DNA of 64,000 nt from an uncultured Alphaproteobacteria bacterium (GTDB lineage: Bacteria; Pseudomonadota; Alphaproteobacteria; Methylaequorales; Methylaequoraceae): contig CACEXK010000003.1 of the NCBI GenBank assembly GCA_902563505.1, forward strand, positions 110,318 through 174,317, written 5' to 3'. This document shows positions 46,368 to 56,500 of the stretch, one piece after another; the first letter of the stretch is position 1, and the number at the start of each line of letters is the position of its first letter. The notes below the pieces were generated by a model that was given only the letters and a program-made list of their open reading frames with translations, did not search any database and was not told where the DNA came from. The translations under genes were made by a program, and so were the position numbers.

Positions 46368-47481
46368 TTTTCTCTTCCCTTGTTTCTATATTTTTATTTT
46401 TTTTCTTCAGCTCTGGAAGCGGCAAATATGGAACAATTCCGCTACCTGCATTCTTGTCTACGATTATTTTATCTATTTTTCCTAATGTTTTTTCTAATGT
46501 TTCTAGGTAAATTCTTTCACGGGTAACATCTTTTGATGATTTATATGAATCATAAACTGATAAAAATCGTTGAGCCTCACCTTGAGCTTTTGCAACTACT
46601 TCCTGCTTGTATGCTTCAGCCTCCTGGATTTTTCTCTCGGCCTCACCTCTTGCTTTAGGAATAATATCATTTCTGTAGGCCTCTGCTTCGTTTCTCAGAC
46701 GTTGTTCATCAGTTTTTGCTCTTTGAACATCTCTGTATGATTCTATTACTAATTCTGGCGGGTCTGCTTTTTGGAGCTGTACCTGAGTGACTAAGACACC
46801 AGATTTATAGTAATCTAAAACACTTTGAACTTTATTCTTCACATCTTCTTCAACAATTGATTTTCCTTCAGAGAGAATTGGATCAATTGGTGTTTGTCCT
46901 ATTTTTTCTCTCATTACACTTTCTCCAATACTTTTAATTGTAATCTCTGGATTTCTTACATTGAATAAAAAATCTTTGGCATCATTGATGATCCAAAAAA
47001 TTGTGAAATTTAAATCAACAATGTTTTCATCGCCAGTCAGCATCAATGCTTCTTCAGGTACCTGCCTGGCTTGGGGATTTTGACTAAATTGTGATTGCGA
47101 GGTTCTAAAACCAACTTCAATTCTATTAACCCTAGTCACTTTTGGTTTAAAAACAGATTCAACAGGAAATGGAAGATGATAATGCAAACCAGGTTCCGTT
47201 GTTCTGACATATTGCCCAAATCTAGTAACAACTCCTTGTTCGTCAGTTCCAACTCTATAAAATCCACTTATTGCCCAAAAACCTAATATTATTAACAAGA
47301 CCAATGATAAACTGGCTGGGTTTTTGTTGGGAAAAAACTTCTTTAGTCTATCTTGAATATTTTTAAATGGATCATCATTACCGCCATCTCCGGTTGAACC
47401 GGAGCCGTTATATGACTTTTTGTTATCCTTGGAGCTTTTTCCCCAGGGACTATCATCATCGTTATTTGAAGACCAAGACAT
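46360..47481 (-). CDS. hflK: Protease modulator HflK (SPFH/band 7)
   Basis: SPFH domain, charged coiled-coil C-terminal region and a low-complexity N-terminus. Confidence 0.85.
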   Translation of the reverse strand: MSWSSNNDDDSPWGKSSKDNKKSYNGSGSTGDGGNDDPFKNIQDRLKKFFPNKNPASLSLVLLIILGFWAISGFYRVGTDEQGVVTRFGQYVRTTEPGLHYHLPFPVESVFKPKVTRVNRIEVGFRTSQSQFSQNPQARQVPEEALMLTGDENIVDLNFTIFWIINDAKDFLFNVRNPEITIKSIGESVMREKIGQTPIDPILSEGKSIVEEDVKNKVQSVLDYYKSGVLVTQVQLQKADPPELVIESYRDVQRAKTDEQRLRNEAEAYRNDIIPKARGEAERKIQEAEAYKQEVVAKAQGEAQRFLSVYDSYKSSKDVTRERIYLETLEKTLGKIDKIIVDKNAGSGIVPYLPLPELKKKNKNIETREEKNE

Positions 47482-47587
47482 AAATTTTATAGAAAATCCT
47501 TAATTCTTATATAAGAATTGTTTTGACTATGCAAAGATTTATTTTAGTTATTTAAAATTTTTTATACAGTATAATATACCAATCGTA

Positions 47588-48361
47588 ATGAAAAAAATAA
47601 TATTAGTGGGTTCTGGTAAAGGTGGAGTTGGGAAATCAACAGTTTCAGTAAATTTATCAATAGCTTTAAGTCAAATTAAAAAATTAAAAATTGGGTTGTT
47701 AGATGCTGATATTTATGGCCCTTCTATTCCTAAAATGCTGGATATTATTGAAAAACCCAAAGTAAATGAAAGTAAAAAAATAATTCCTTATGAAAAATTT
47801 GGAATTAAATCAATGTCAATAGGCAATATGATTCCATCGGATAATGCTATTATTTGGAGGGGAGCAATGGCTTCAAGTGCAATTAAACAATTATTCAATG
47901 ATGTGGATTGGGGCGAACTTGACTACCTGATTGTCGATCTTCCCCCAGGAACCGGTGATATTCAACTTTCATTGTGCCAAAACTTTTCAATAGATGGTGT
48001 AGTTATAGTTTCCACACCTCAAGAAATTTCGCTAATTGATGTTAGAAAAGCTATAAATATGTTTAAACGAGTTAAAGTACCCATAGTAGGATTAGTGCAA
48101 AATATGAGTTATTTTGAAAAAAATGATGAAAAAAATTATATTTTTGGAAAAAATGGAGTTTCTAAAGAAGCTAAAGCTCAAAGTTTGGAATTATTGGGAG
48201 AAATTCCAATAAAAGAAAATATTTCTGAATCATGTGAGAGCGGAATCCCAATATCAGTTAAAAAAAAATCTGAAACTTCTAAGTTTTTTTTTGATATTGC
48301 TCACAATTTTTTAGAAATACTGCCTAAATTTACAAAAAATGATGTGAAAATTGAGTCCTAG
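47588..48361 (+). CDS. apbC: Mrp/ApbC-type Fe-S cluster carrier ATPase (short form lacking the N-terminal DUF59)
   Basis: Deviant Walker [10 protein letters not shown] and the CxxC-region motif of Mrp/NBP35. Confidence 0.8.
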   Translation: MKKIILVGSGKGGVGKSTVSVNLSIALSQIKKLKIGLLDADIYGPSIPKMLDIIEKPKVNESKKIIPYEKFGIKSMSIGNMIPSDNAIIWRGAMASSAIKQLFNDVDWGELDYLIVDLPPGTGDIQLSLCQNFSIDGVVIVSTPQEISLIDVRKAINMFKRVKVPIVGLVQNMSYFEKNDEKNYIFGKNGVSKEAKAQSLELLGEIPIKENISESCESGIPISVKKKSETSKFFFDIAHNFLEILPKFTKNDVKIES

Positions 48362-49284
48362 AGATCAAATATTTTTTTTAAATTGTCCAGTTCTCTCTTT
48401 GATATTGAAAATTTTTTTGTATTTTTCTTGTTAATTTTTGCTTTAAGAAATCTTACTGCTTCAGATGAAATCGTGAGTGATTCAACTCTATTCTTAATAA
48501 AAGCATCAAAAGTTAAAGGGACCCATTTCTTTACAATTTCAAGCATTATTTTTGCGTAAATTCTTATTTCATATTGTGCATGAACATCAAATCTCAAAGC
48601 AAGAAAATGCATTAAATTATGTAAATCAATCTTCCAATACCATTGAGTATAAGAATTTATTGGCAAAGTCATTCGTGCTAATTCTCTGGCTAATCCGCTT
48701 TTTTCAGTATCATTAATATTTCCATCTTCATCAATATTTAATAGGAAATTATAAATATCATAACTTTTTTTTGAGTGATCTTTTAAAGTTTTTATGTAAG
48801 ACTTTCCTTCTTCCTTATTCATTCCACCTCCTCTTCCTTGATTATTCAGTGTAGATTGAGGTTTAACATTTTCTAGTTTAGGAATATAAAATTCATTGTC
48901 TAGGATTGAATATCTCGCTGAATATTCATTTACATTAGCAGTTCTGTGGCGAATCCACTGTCTGGCAACAAAAATTGGGAGTTTTATATGAAATTTTATC
49001 TCATTCATCTCAAAGGGTGTAGTGTGTCTATGACTTAAAAGATAATTAATAAGACTTTTGTCTTGGTTTAATTTTTTTGTTCCCTTTCCATAAGAAACCC
49101 TGGCGGCTTGGACAATAGATGAATCATCGCCCATATAATCAATAACTCTTACAAAACCATGATCTAGTGCTTTATGTGGTTTGTATAAAATATTTTCCAG
49201 CTTTTTAACTGTAACTCTTTTAGTAGAAAAATTTGAGTTTCTTATTTTTCTAATTTCTGAATCTTCTATTTTTTTCTTTTTCAT
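48358..49284 (-). CDS. thyX: Flavin-dependent thymidylate synthase
   Basis: RHRx7S motif ([16 protein letters not shown]). 308 aa. Confidence 0.9.
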   Translation of the reverse strand: MKKKKIEDSEIRKIRNSNFSTKRVTVKKLENILYKPHKALDHGFVRVIDYMGDDSSIVQAARVSYGKGTKKLNQDKSLINYLLSHRHTTPFEMNEIKFHIKLPIFVARQWIRHRTANVNEYSARYSILDNEFYIPKLENVKPQSTLNNQGRGGGMNKEEGKSYIKTLKDHSKKSYDIYNFLLNIDEDGNINDTEKSGLARELARMTLPINSYTQWYWKIDLHNLMHFLALRFDVHAQYEIRIYAKIMLEIVKKWVPLTFDAFIKNRVESLTISSEAVRFLKAKINKKNTKKFSISKRELDNLKKIFDL

Positions 49285-49399
49285 ATTTAATCAAACTTAA
49301 AATATCTTTTATATAAATAAATTTATAGGGTTTAATTTTTTTTTTTATTTAATATCATAAAAATGCTGTTTTACAGCTATGGCAATAAACGTTTGATTT

Positions 49400-49660
49400 G
49401 TGAACCGAGACGGACCCGGGGGCGGTACCCGGCGCCTCCACCAATAAATTAAGGGGGCGAAATAGGATCGACGTGCGTGGGAATTTTCAAAAACTTTGCC
49501 CGGAATGGTACCAACGTTATCGGACTAAAACTTATAAATGCCAACGATAATACAATGGCACTCGCTGCTTAATTTATTAAGTTAGCGCGGTTGTGAGATC
49601 ACCGGGCAACAGAAGTCTCATCGGCAAGGGCGGGCAATTGTTCGCCCTTGTTTGTTTTAA
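49400..49660 (+). ncRNA. ssrA: tmRNA (ssrA), circularly permuted two-piece type. The acceptor piece ends CCA at 49443 and the coding piece starts GGGGGCG at 49453.
   Basis: A GC-rich block in an AT-rich region. T-arm CCGGG-GGCGGTA-CCCGG, 3' acceptor strand CGCCUCC-A-CCA pairing with the downstream GGGGGCG, which gives a G3:U70 alanine identity pair. Tag reading frame 49540..49572 is GCC AAC GAT AAT ACA ATG GCA CTC GCT GCT TAA = ANDNTMALAA*. Terminator hairpin at 49626..49658. Confidence 0.8.
49626..49658 (+). terminator. Rho-independent terminator at the 3' end of the ssrA coding piece
   Basis: Stem AAGGGCG ... CGCCCTT with a 10-nt loop, followed by GTTTGTTTT. Confidence 0.6.
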
Positions 49661-50096
49661 GTAGACTCACAAAAGGTTTTAGAGGATTCACTCTTCAACA
49701 AATAAGGGAAAATGAAATAGGTTAAGTGTAACGCATTTTTTAAGAAACTCCATGTAATAAAGGAGTTCAGTTCATACTTTAAATATCTGTAAAATTTGAA
49801 GTGTAGTTTTTTCATATAAAAATGATTGCAAAAAACAGTAGATTAAACCTCAGGAAAAAAATTTCATCTACTAACTTTTCTTTTAAATATTTATTTCTAA
49901 TCATAATTTTTCCTGAAGGGTAAAAGTAATCTGAAAAACATGTTGAAATTTCAAATGCAAATGTTGCATCTTTTATTTTTGTTATTAATTTATTCGACCT
50001 TTGTGGATCAGACAATTTAATAAAAATAATTATAAAGTTGAAAATCTAATTCATTTTCCTGGGCATTAAGTGTTTTAATTAAATAAATTCATAAAT

Positions 50097-50864
50097 TTAA
50101 TGATTTTTTCTATAAATTCCTTTGATGGAGATAGAAAAATCTAAAAAAAATAAATTTGGTACTTTAATAACTTTAATTTTTTCAAGACTATTATCTAAAC
50201 ATTTCAAAATTTTGTCTGAGAAATTTGGGTGTTCCCAGCAAATTATTTTATCATAATCTAATCCAAGTTTTTTATAAACATGTCGTCTTGTAAAAAAAAA
50301 TCTTCCAAGTCCCCATGCTAAATGTCCCTCATTTGGAATTACAAAAATTAAGTATCCATCCTTTTTTAAAATTCTGTTTATTTGAACTACAAACTCCTCT
50401 AAATTCATTATATGTTCTAGTGAAAAAAAAGATAAAACATAATCATATGACCTGGAAGATATTTGACTCATATCTTTAACTTTATTTATTATAAACTTTT
50501 TAACCTTTATTTTTCGTTTATTTAATTTTTTTTCTGATATTTTTAAAAAATCTAAATTAGTGTCTATTAAATCAAAAGATTTTGGAGTTTTACTTTTCCA
50601 AAATTTTTCATGGTCAAGAAAACCTGGACCTATTTCTATTATATTTTTATTATGAAAGTTAATTAAAGAATTTTGAATAACCTTATATGCATTTAGTTTA
50701 ATTAATTTATCTATTAAACTTTTATCTCTATGCTCATAAGTTTTTGTTATATTATTAATCCAGGATAACCAATCTTGATCGTCTTTATCAAAATTATAAT
50801 AATATTTTCTTCTATCACCGAATAATTTTTTATATAAAAAATATGGCAAAAATTTTCTTATCAT
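50097..50864 (-). CDS. Class I SAM-dependent methyltransferase
   Basis: IIEIGPGF (motif I) and an acidic motif II region. 255 aa. Confidence 0.6.
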   Translation of the reverse strand: MIRKFLPYFLYKKLFGDRRKYYYNFDKDDQDWLSWINNITKTYEHRDKSLIDKLIKLNAYKVIQNSLINFHNKNIIEIGPGFLDHEKFWKSKTPKSFDLIDTNLDFLKISEKKLNKRKIKVKKFIINKVKDMSQISSRSYDYVLSFFSLEHIMNLEEFVVQINRILKKDGYLIFVIPNEGHLAWGLGRFFFTRRHVYKKLGLDYDKIICWEHPNFSDKILKCLDNSLEKIKVIKVPNLFFLDFSISIKGIYRKNH

Positions 50865-51307
50865 ATCAAATAAAATTTTTAAAAAGTTGTTTAAATTATA
50901 TATTTTTTTTTATTATAGCAAATTTTTTTTTTTTTATCTTCATAGGATGTTATGATTCTATTTTTTAGCTCATTATTGCCTAACCAATCATCAAAAGGTT
51001 CATCATTAATCCATTTTTCCTTTTTGTTTAAAAAAATTTCAATTGTTTCGGCTTTATATATTTTTTTTTCGAGCTGGCTTTCCATTTTCTAACTCTGTTT
51101 TGATGTTGCATTCAAGAATTATTTGATCAGAAAAAACAAAATGATGAAATAAAATAAAATAAAAAGAAAATAAAATATTTTTTCATTTACACCTTATATT
51201 AAATTTGCATTTCATTGAGAATTAAAATTGATACATTTTAAGATATCAAAAAATAAATTCTTTTACTATTCTGAAAATGTAGATTTCTTCTCTAAAAAAG
51301 TTTTTCT

Positions 51308-52144
51308 TTATTTCTTATAATTTGGATTTTTTTGATTTGATTTAGTAATTTTTGTCAGTTCAGAAAAATTCAAATTTTTTTCCTTAGGAAAAGCAAAAAT
51401 ATAAAACTTTCCAACTCTATCAAAATGATTTTCTGAATTAATAAAATAATTTTCTTCATTGAAAAATCTGTAGTCAAACCAGTATAAATCATAATTTTGC
51501 GTAAATAAGAAGTTATTTAATTCAAAAGGGTTTGTAGGGTTATTTTCACATATTATGATGGGTCTGAATTTTTTAATAAATTTCAAACCACCCTCTAATA
51601 TTTGCTTTTCAAGTAGCTCTGCTTCTAACTTAATTAAATTACATTTTTTAATATCTTCAAATAAATCTAAATTTTTTATCTGAACTTTAGTTTTATTACC
51701 TTTATTAATTTTTATAAATTCAGAATAATTATAATTTTCTCCCAAACCGAATCCGCCAAAATTACCAACTTCTGAATAATTTATTTCATCTACGAGTACT
51801 TCCGTTTGTATTTTACCCATACCTGCATTAAATACTTCGACATTTTTTATATCATTAAGTGCTAAATTTCCACATTGGAGGTAATAAAGCATTTTTTGTG
51901 GTTCAAAGGAAAATACTTTCCCCTCATATCCAATTTTTTTAGATATTGGAATTGTAAATAAGCCTACATGTGATCCAATATCAAAAACATAATCAGATTT
52001 ACTTATTAAAGATAAAATTTTATTTAGTAATTTTTCAGACCACTCGCCGTATTCTCTGATGCTAAGTCCCACAAATTCATCATAATTTAAGAACATAAAG
52101 TCACCATGCTTTGCATTAACAAAACCTACAGAATTATTTTTCAT
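51308..52144 (-). CDS. FkbM-family methyltransferase
   Basis: VFDIGSHVGLFTIP ... FSFEP, typical of the FkbM domain. Confidence 0.7.
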   Translation of the reverse strand: MKNNSVGFVNAKHGDFMFLNYDEFVGLSIREYGEWSEKLLNKILSLISKSDYVFDIGSHVGLFTIPISKKIGYEGKVFSFEPQKMLYYLQCGNLALNDIKNVEVFNAGMGKIQTEVLVDEINYSEVGNFGGFGLGENYNYSEFIKINKGNKTKVQIKNLDLFEDIKKCNLIKLEAELLEKQILEGGLKFIKKFRPIIICENNPTNPFELNNFLFTQNYDLYWFDYRFFNEENYFINSENHFDRVGKFYIFAFPKEKNLNFSELTKITKSNQKNPNYKK

Positions 52145-52472
52145 AAATGAACATCAGCAAAATTCATTCCATATTGTTAAAAAATAATTAAAAAAAAAGG
52201 GGATAGAAATCCCCTTTTCGTATTAAAGTAAATCAAATTAAAAAGATTATTTAACCTTTAGTCAAAGGTTGCTCCGATAAAAAGTTAAATACATTAAATT
52301 GAGTTAAATCTATAATACTAGACATCAGATCACCTCCTTAAAAAATAATTAATATTAATTTTAATATAGTGTGACATATTCAGATTCACAAGTTGAATGA
52401 AGGTATGGGAAAAAAATTCTAAAAATATTAAGTATTAATCATACAATTCTTCAATTTTTCTGCAAAAATTAT

Positions 52473-53567
52473 ATGATTAGAGTTATGAGTAGAAAATTAA
52501 ATGCTATTGATTTATTCGCAGGTGCTGGTGGTTTGTCATATGGATTGTCAGAAAGTGGGATTAAGGTTTTATTAGCTAATGAAATTGAGAATGACTTTTC
52601 TAAAACTTACATGCTAAATCATTCTAAAACGGAAATGCTTAACTGCGATATAAGTAAAATTGATTTTAAAAAAAAAATTCAAGACTTGGGTTGTCAAAAT
52701 ATTGATATTTTATGTGGAGGCCCACCTTGCCAAGGTTTTAGTACTGTTGGTAAAAAAGATCAAAGTGATAGGAGAAACTCACTCTTTTGGGAATTTCTTC
52801 GCGTAGTTAAAGAAACTAGTCCTAAAGTAATTTTATTTGAAAATGTCTCTGGCTTTAAAACTTTATATAAAGGTTTAGCTTTTTCAACTTTACTAAGTGA
52901 ATTAAAAATGATGGGATTCAAAACTTTTCATAATGTTTTAGATGCGTCTGACTTTGGCCTACCACAAAGAAGACTTAGAACTATAATTGTAGGTGTTATT
53001 TTTGATAAAGCCTTCCAATTTCCAAAGTTAACGCATTATAATTTAGATAATTTATTTGGGGAAAAAAAATTGACTTTGATGGATGCAATATCTGATTTAC
53101 CGAATCTTAAATCTGGAGAGTCAAAAGATTTTTACTCTACAAAACCAAATAACAATTTTCAAAAGAAAATGAGAGGAGATCTAGAGATTTTAACTGAACA
53201 CAATGCAACGAATTACGGAGAAAAAATGAAAAAAATTCTAAGTTTAATTCCAAAAAATGGTAGCGTGTTAAATTTACCTAAGGAATTAAGGCCAAAGAAA
53301 TATTTTAATAATGTATATGCTCGACTTGATGGTGAAAAAATTTGTCCAACTATAACAAGAAATTTTGGTACACCATCTTCATCAAGATGTATTCATCCTC
53401 ACCAAAATAGAGCATTGTCAACTAGAGAAGGAGCTAGAATACAAAGTTTTCCTGATAATTTTAGATTTTATGGAAGTAAGACAAGTAAAAATCTACAAAT
53501 TGGAAACGCAGTTCCTCCACTATTAGGAAAATTGCTTGGTAAAGAAATTAAAAAGTTATTTTCTTGA
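52473..53567 (+). CDS. dcm: DNA (cytosine-5)-methyltransferase (type II R-M modification subunit)
   Basis: C5-MTase motifs I DLFAGAGG, IV GGPPCQGFS, VI ENV, VIII QRRLRTIIVG and X GNAVPP. Confidence 0.9.
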   Translation: MIRVMSRKLNAIDLFAGAGGLSYGLSESGIKVLLANEIENDFSKTYMLNHSKTEMLNCDISKIDFKKKIQDLGCQNIDILCGGPPCQGFSTVGKKDQSDRRNSLFWEFLRVVKETSPKVILFENVSGFKTLYKGLAFSTLLSELKMMGFKTFHNVLDASDFGLPQRRLRTIIVGVIFDKAFQFPKLTHYNLDNLFGEKKLTLMDAISDLPNLKSGESKDFYSTKPNNNFQKKMRGDLEILTEHNATNYGEKMKKILSLIPKNGSVLNLPKELRPKKYFNNVYARLDGEKICPTITRNFGTPSSSRCIHPHQNRALSTREGARIQSFPDNFRFYGSKTSKNLQIGNAVPPLLGKLLGKEIKKLFS

Positions 53568-54146
53568 TTTTAAAATTGGCCTAAATACGAGCCCTTTATA
53601 TTCTTTAAATTCTATTTCTTGGCCCCAATTATTGCAATCAACGCACATTGGTACAATATTTCCTATTTCGTATGATTTACTCTTCAAAAGATGTCCTTTG
53701 TCATAGTGATTCATTTTTCGTCCACAAACAGCACATCCACGTTCTTTGAATTTTTCTAAAATTTTTTGCCAATCTTCATTTGTCAAATTATTTTCTCTCT
53801 TGATTGAATTTTTAGTCCAAACCGGATTAGGTTCTTCAATTGAATGTAAAGACATCTGATTATTTCTGAATTTCTTTTCATATATCCCTCTGGTAAATCT
53901 TTTATTTCCAGATTTTATATACCAACCTAAATCAGCTAAATGTCTAGCCTGCCTCTTATATTCAAAATTATTCTCACTGTGCCATCTTTCAATTTCATCC
54001 TGAGTCATTGGTTTGGGCATCTTTGCATATAGGCAAATCAATTCAATAAGTTTTTTCCCAGATGGAAAATCTACTCCTTCATTCCTGAGATTTGAATGCC
54101 ATTTAGTTCGTATTTTAATTTCTAAATCTTTTAAAATTCTATTCAT
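53556..54146 (-). CDS. HNH-motif endonuclease, candidate restriction enzyme partner of the C5-MTase
   Basis: CAVCGRK...H..GH...N..PMCVDCNN (CxxC...H...N...CxxC HNH core). Convergent with the MTase gene, with a 12-nt 3' overlap. Confidence 0.55.
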   Translation of the reverse strand: MNRILKDLEIKIRTKWHSNLRNEGVDFPSGKKLIELICLYAKMPKPMTQDEIERWHSENNFEYKRQARHLADLGWYIKSGNKRFTRGIYEKKFRNNQMSLHSIEEPNPVWTKNSIKRENNLTNEDWQKILEKFKERGCAVCGRKMNHYDKGHLLKSKSYEIGNIVPMCVDCNNWGQEIEFKEYKGLVFRPILKSRK

Positions 54147-54168
54147 TATGCAAAAGATAATATAAATT

Positions 54169-54453
54169 TTAGTAATTCATCCTTTTCTTTATTTCCTCGA
54201 CATATTCAGGAAAATAATCATTTATTTTCATTAATTTAAAAGATGCTAGTATTGAAGTGTTTGACTCATTATCTAGGAGAAACTCAAAACTTAAATACAA
54301 AAGTTTTTCCTTTGTAATTTTGCCATTCGTCAAATATTGATAAACTTCATCTGAAACATTTACAAGATGAGTCGTCACAGATTTTGAATTGATTGTAATA
54401 TGAAATTCATCATCTGAATTTTTCTTTATGTTTATTTTGTTATCAGCTACCAT
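54169..54453 (-). CDS. Hypothetical protein (94 aa)
   Basis: ORF only. No recognisable motifs. Confidence 0.3.
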   Translation of the reverse strand: MVADNKINIKKNSDDEFHITINSKSVTTHLVNVSDEVYQYLTNGKITKEKLLYLSFEFLLDNESNTSILASFKLMKINDYFPEYVEEIKKRMNY

Positions 54454-54571
54454 TACAAAAATAAATCAAAAATTTATCTTGAAAAAAAGAAAATGTATAT
54501 TACTTAAATTATGGAAGAAATTAAACTGACTATGTAAACTTACATAAATGTTATCATAGTCAGTTACCTGC

Positions 54572-54964
54572 TTAATTAAGTGGATCATCTCCCACCTCAT
54601 AATTTTTTAATTTACCCTCAATTAATTGAAAATCCTCCCCTTCATGAGTTGTTATAGTAACATATTGATTTGAAGTTTTAACATTGAATTGCTCGTTCAC
54701 AGCATTTATATATGTTTTAACAAGTTCCTCAATTTGCTCTTTAGACCTCCCTTTTCTAATATCAAGATTCATTAAGCAAATCAAATCACCTTTTTCCGCC
54801 CTACCTAAATTTATATTATTAATGTCATGTTCTCTCAGACTTATTGCAATATGAGAAGTTCCCGTTTTCATAATATAACTAAATTTCGATTTTACAAATT
54901 CGATAAACCTTATTCTTTGCTGATTTTTTAGTGTAAAATTTATATCAAACTGTAAATGAGGCAT
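54572..54964 (-). CDS. Hypothetical protein with a Met-Pro N-terminus, possibly tautomerase superfamily
   Basis: The product begins MPHLQFDINF. Pro1 after Met is the hallmark of 4-OT/CHMI/MIF tautomerases. 130 aa. Confidence 0.3.
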   Translation of the reverse strand: MPHLQFDINFTLKNQQRIRFIEFVKSKFSYIMKTGTSHIAISLREHDINNINLGRAEKGDLICLMNLDIRKGRSKEQIEELVKTYINAVNEQFNVKTSNQYVTITTHEGEDFQLIEGKLKNYEVGDDPLN

Positions 54965-55027
54965 AATATATGGGATAAACGGGTTAAAAAATTATTTTGA
55001 ATTATTTTACCACCGTTCTACCACAAT

Positions 55028-55849
55028 TCAATTAATTGTATAAAATAATTGTTGTCCTTTAACTCTAAAAGAAGAAATTAAATCTTTAGTTTTTCTTGAA
55101 TTTAACCAATTTACAAATTTACTTGTCTGAGACACCTTTGTGTCTGGACATTTATCGGGATTAATAGGAATCACACCATAGAAATTATATAAATTCGGCT
55201 CATTTTCAACTAATATTTTATGATCTCTTTTGTTGTTAAAGCTTACCCATGTTGATCTATCAGAAAGTATGTAAGCATTTTTATTTACAGCTATATTTAA
55301 TGAACCTCCCATACCTTGTCCAACAGAATAATACCAAGAATCTTCTCTTGGGTTCGGAACGAAATTAGTAAGTTCCCATAATTTTATCTCTTTTTTGTAA
55401 GTTCCACTTTCATCACCCCGAGAAATAAATCTAAACTTATTTTTTCTAATGATATTAAGTGAATCAACAATAGAATTTGATATACTAATTTTAGCAGGAT
55501 CATTACTAGGACCAATTAAAACAAAATCGTTGTACATAAATTCCTTTCTGAAAAGTCCAAAACCATCTTCAACAAACTTTTCCTCAGATTCTTTATGGTG
55601 AACTATAAGCAAATCACCATCACATCTCATGGAGTTTTTTATAGCTTGACCCGTTCCAACAGCTACCACTCGAACTTCAATATCATACTCATTTTTGAAG
55701 TTAGGTAAAATATAATCATATAAACCAGAGTCTCTTGTTGAAGTTGTAGATTGAAGAATAATAAAACTTTTGGATTTTGAAAAAGAATAATAATTTATAA
55801 ACAAAACTAAACTGAAAATAATTGAAATATATTTGGATATTGTTTTCAT
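55028..55849 (-). CDS. Periplasmic substrate-binding protein, tungstate/molybdate (TupA/WtpA-like PBP)
   Basis: Signal peptide, then ILQSTTSTRDSGLYDYILP, which resembles the TTSTxDSGLLD anion-binding motif of TupA-type binding proteins. No permease or ATPase gene is adjacent. Confidence 0.55.
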   Translation of the reverse strand: MKTISKYISIIFSLVLFINYYSFSKSKSFIILQSTTSTRDSGLYDYILPNFKNEYDIEVRVVAVGTGQAIKNSMRCDGDLLIVHHKESEEKFVEDGFGLFRKEFMYNDFVLIGPSNDPAKISISNSIVDSLNIIRKNKFRFISRGDESGTYKKEIKLWELTNFVPNPREDSWYYSVGQGMGGSLNIAVNKNAYILSDRSTWVSFNNKRDHKILVENEPNLYNFYGVIPINPDKCPDTKVSQTSKFVNWLNSRKTKDLISSFRVKGQQLFYTIN

Positions 55850-56008
55850 ATTAAAGAATAATAAATAATGTTCTAAATAATACTTATTCTATAAATTAGC
55901 AGCAATAAAGTTTTTTTATAAGAATCAAGACAAATGCCATAAACAAATTATTTGCATTTAAAAATCATTGATAATTTTTTTTAAAAACCAATATAACTTA
56001 TTAAGTTA

Positions 56009-56058
56009 TCCCACCCTAATTATTTTCCTTCATTTAATCCCAAAAATTAGGGTGGGTA
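56009..56058 (-). terminator. Perfect 12-bp inverted repeat (CCCACCCTAATT ... AATTAGGGTGGG), a hairpin immediately 3' of the 56060..56401 gene
   Basis: GC-rich stem that is unusual for this genome. There is no immediate U-tract, so it may be a terminator or an RNA stability element. Confidence 0.4.
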
Positions 56059-56059
56059 T

Positions 56060-56401
56060 CTAATGTAGACTATCAGAAAATTTAAATATTTTCTGTTCCT
56101 CTTTGGTTTTTTTGCAGATGGGGCACATTTTTGTTGCCAGTATCTGTGCTTTAATAAATAATTGGTCAGATTCTCTAAGTAATCTATTGAGTAGTTTCTT
56201 TGCAATTAATTTCTTTTCTGGAATCGACTTTGCTGATACCCAAAGTCTCTCAAATATTTGATTATATCTATAGTGCAGTTCTTTCTTTTTTTTAACTACA
56301 TCATCGATGATTTCAATTACGACATGGTCATAATTTTTTTCCTCATCAATTTCTTCAATTGAATCTGTTTCTTGACTAAATAAATCTATAAGTTTTCTCA
56401 T
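56060..56401 (-). CDS. Hypothetical protein (113 aa, acidic N-terminus, single C-terminal CxxC)
   Basis: ORF only. Confidence 0.3.
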   Translation of the reverse strand: MRKLIDLFSQETDSIEEIDEEKNYDHVVIEIIDDVVKKKKELHYRYNQIFERLWVSAKSIPEKKLIAKKLLNRLLRESDQLFIKAQILATKMCPICKKTKEEQKIFKFSDSLH

Positions 56402-56500
56402 TCTTAATTAAGTTATTATGTGATTGGACTTGTAAGAATTATTACTGGGGAGTGATATTCCTACAAGTCCTCTCAGCTTTTTTAGGACTTGAAAACCTTC

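Noticed and set aside
49812-50015. 67-aa ORF just downstream of ssrA
   Set aside because: It lies in the AT-rich spacer between the tmRNA terminator and the island and has no RBS-like context. It is probably non-coding promoter or terminator space.
51130-51180. Short AAATA pentamer microsatellite (gaaataaaataaaataaaaag)
   Set aside because: Only about four imperfect units in AT-rich intergenic DNA. Consistent with base composition rather than a functional repeat.
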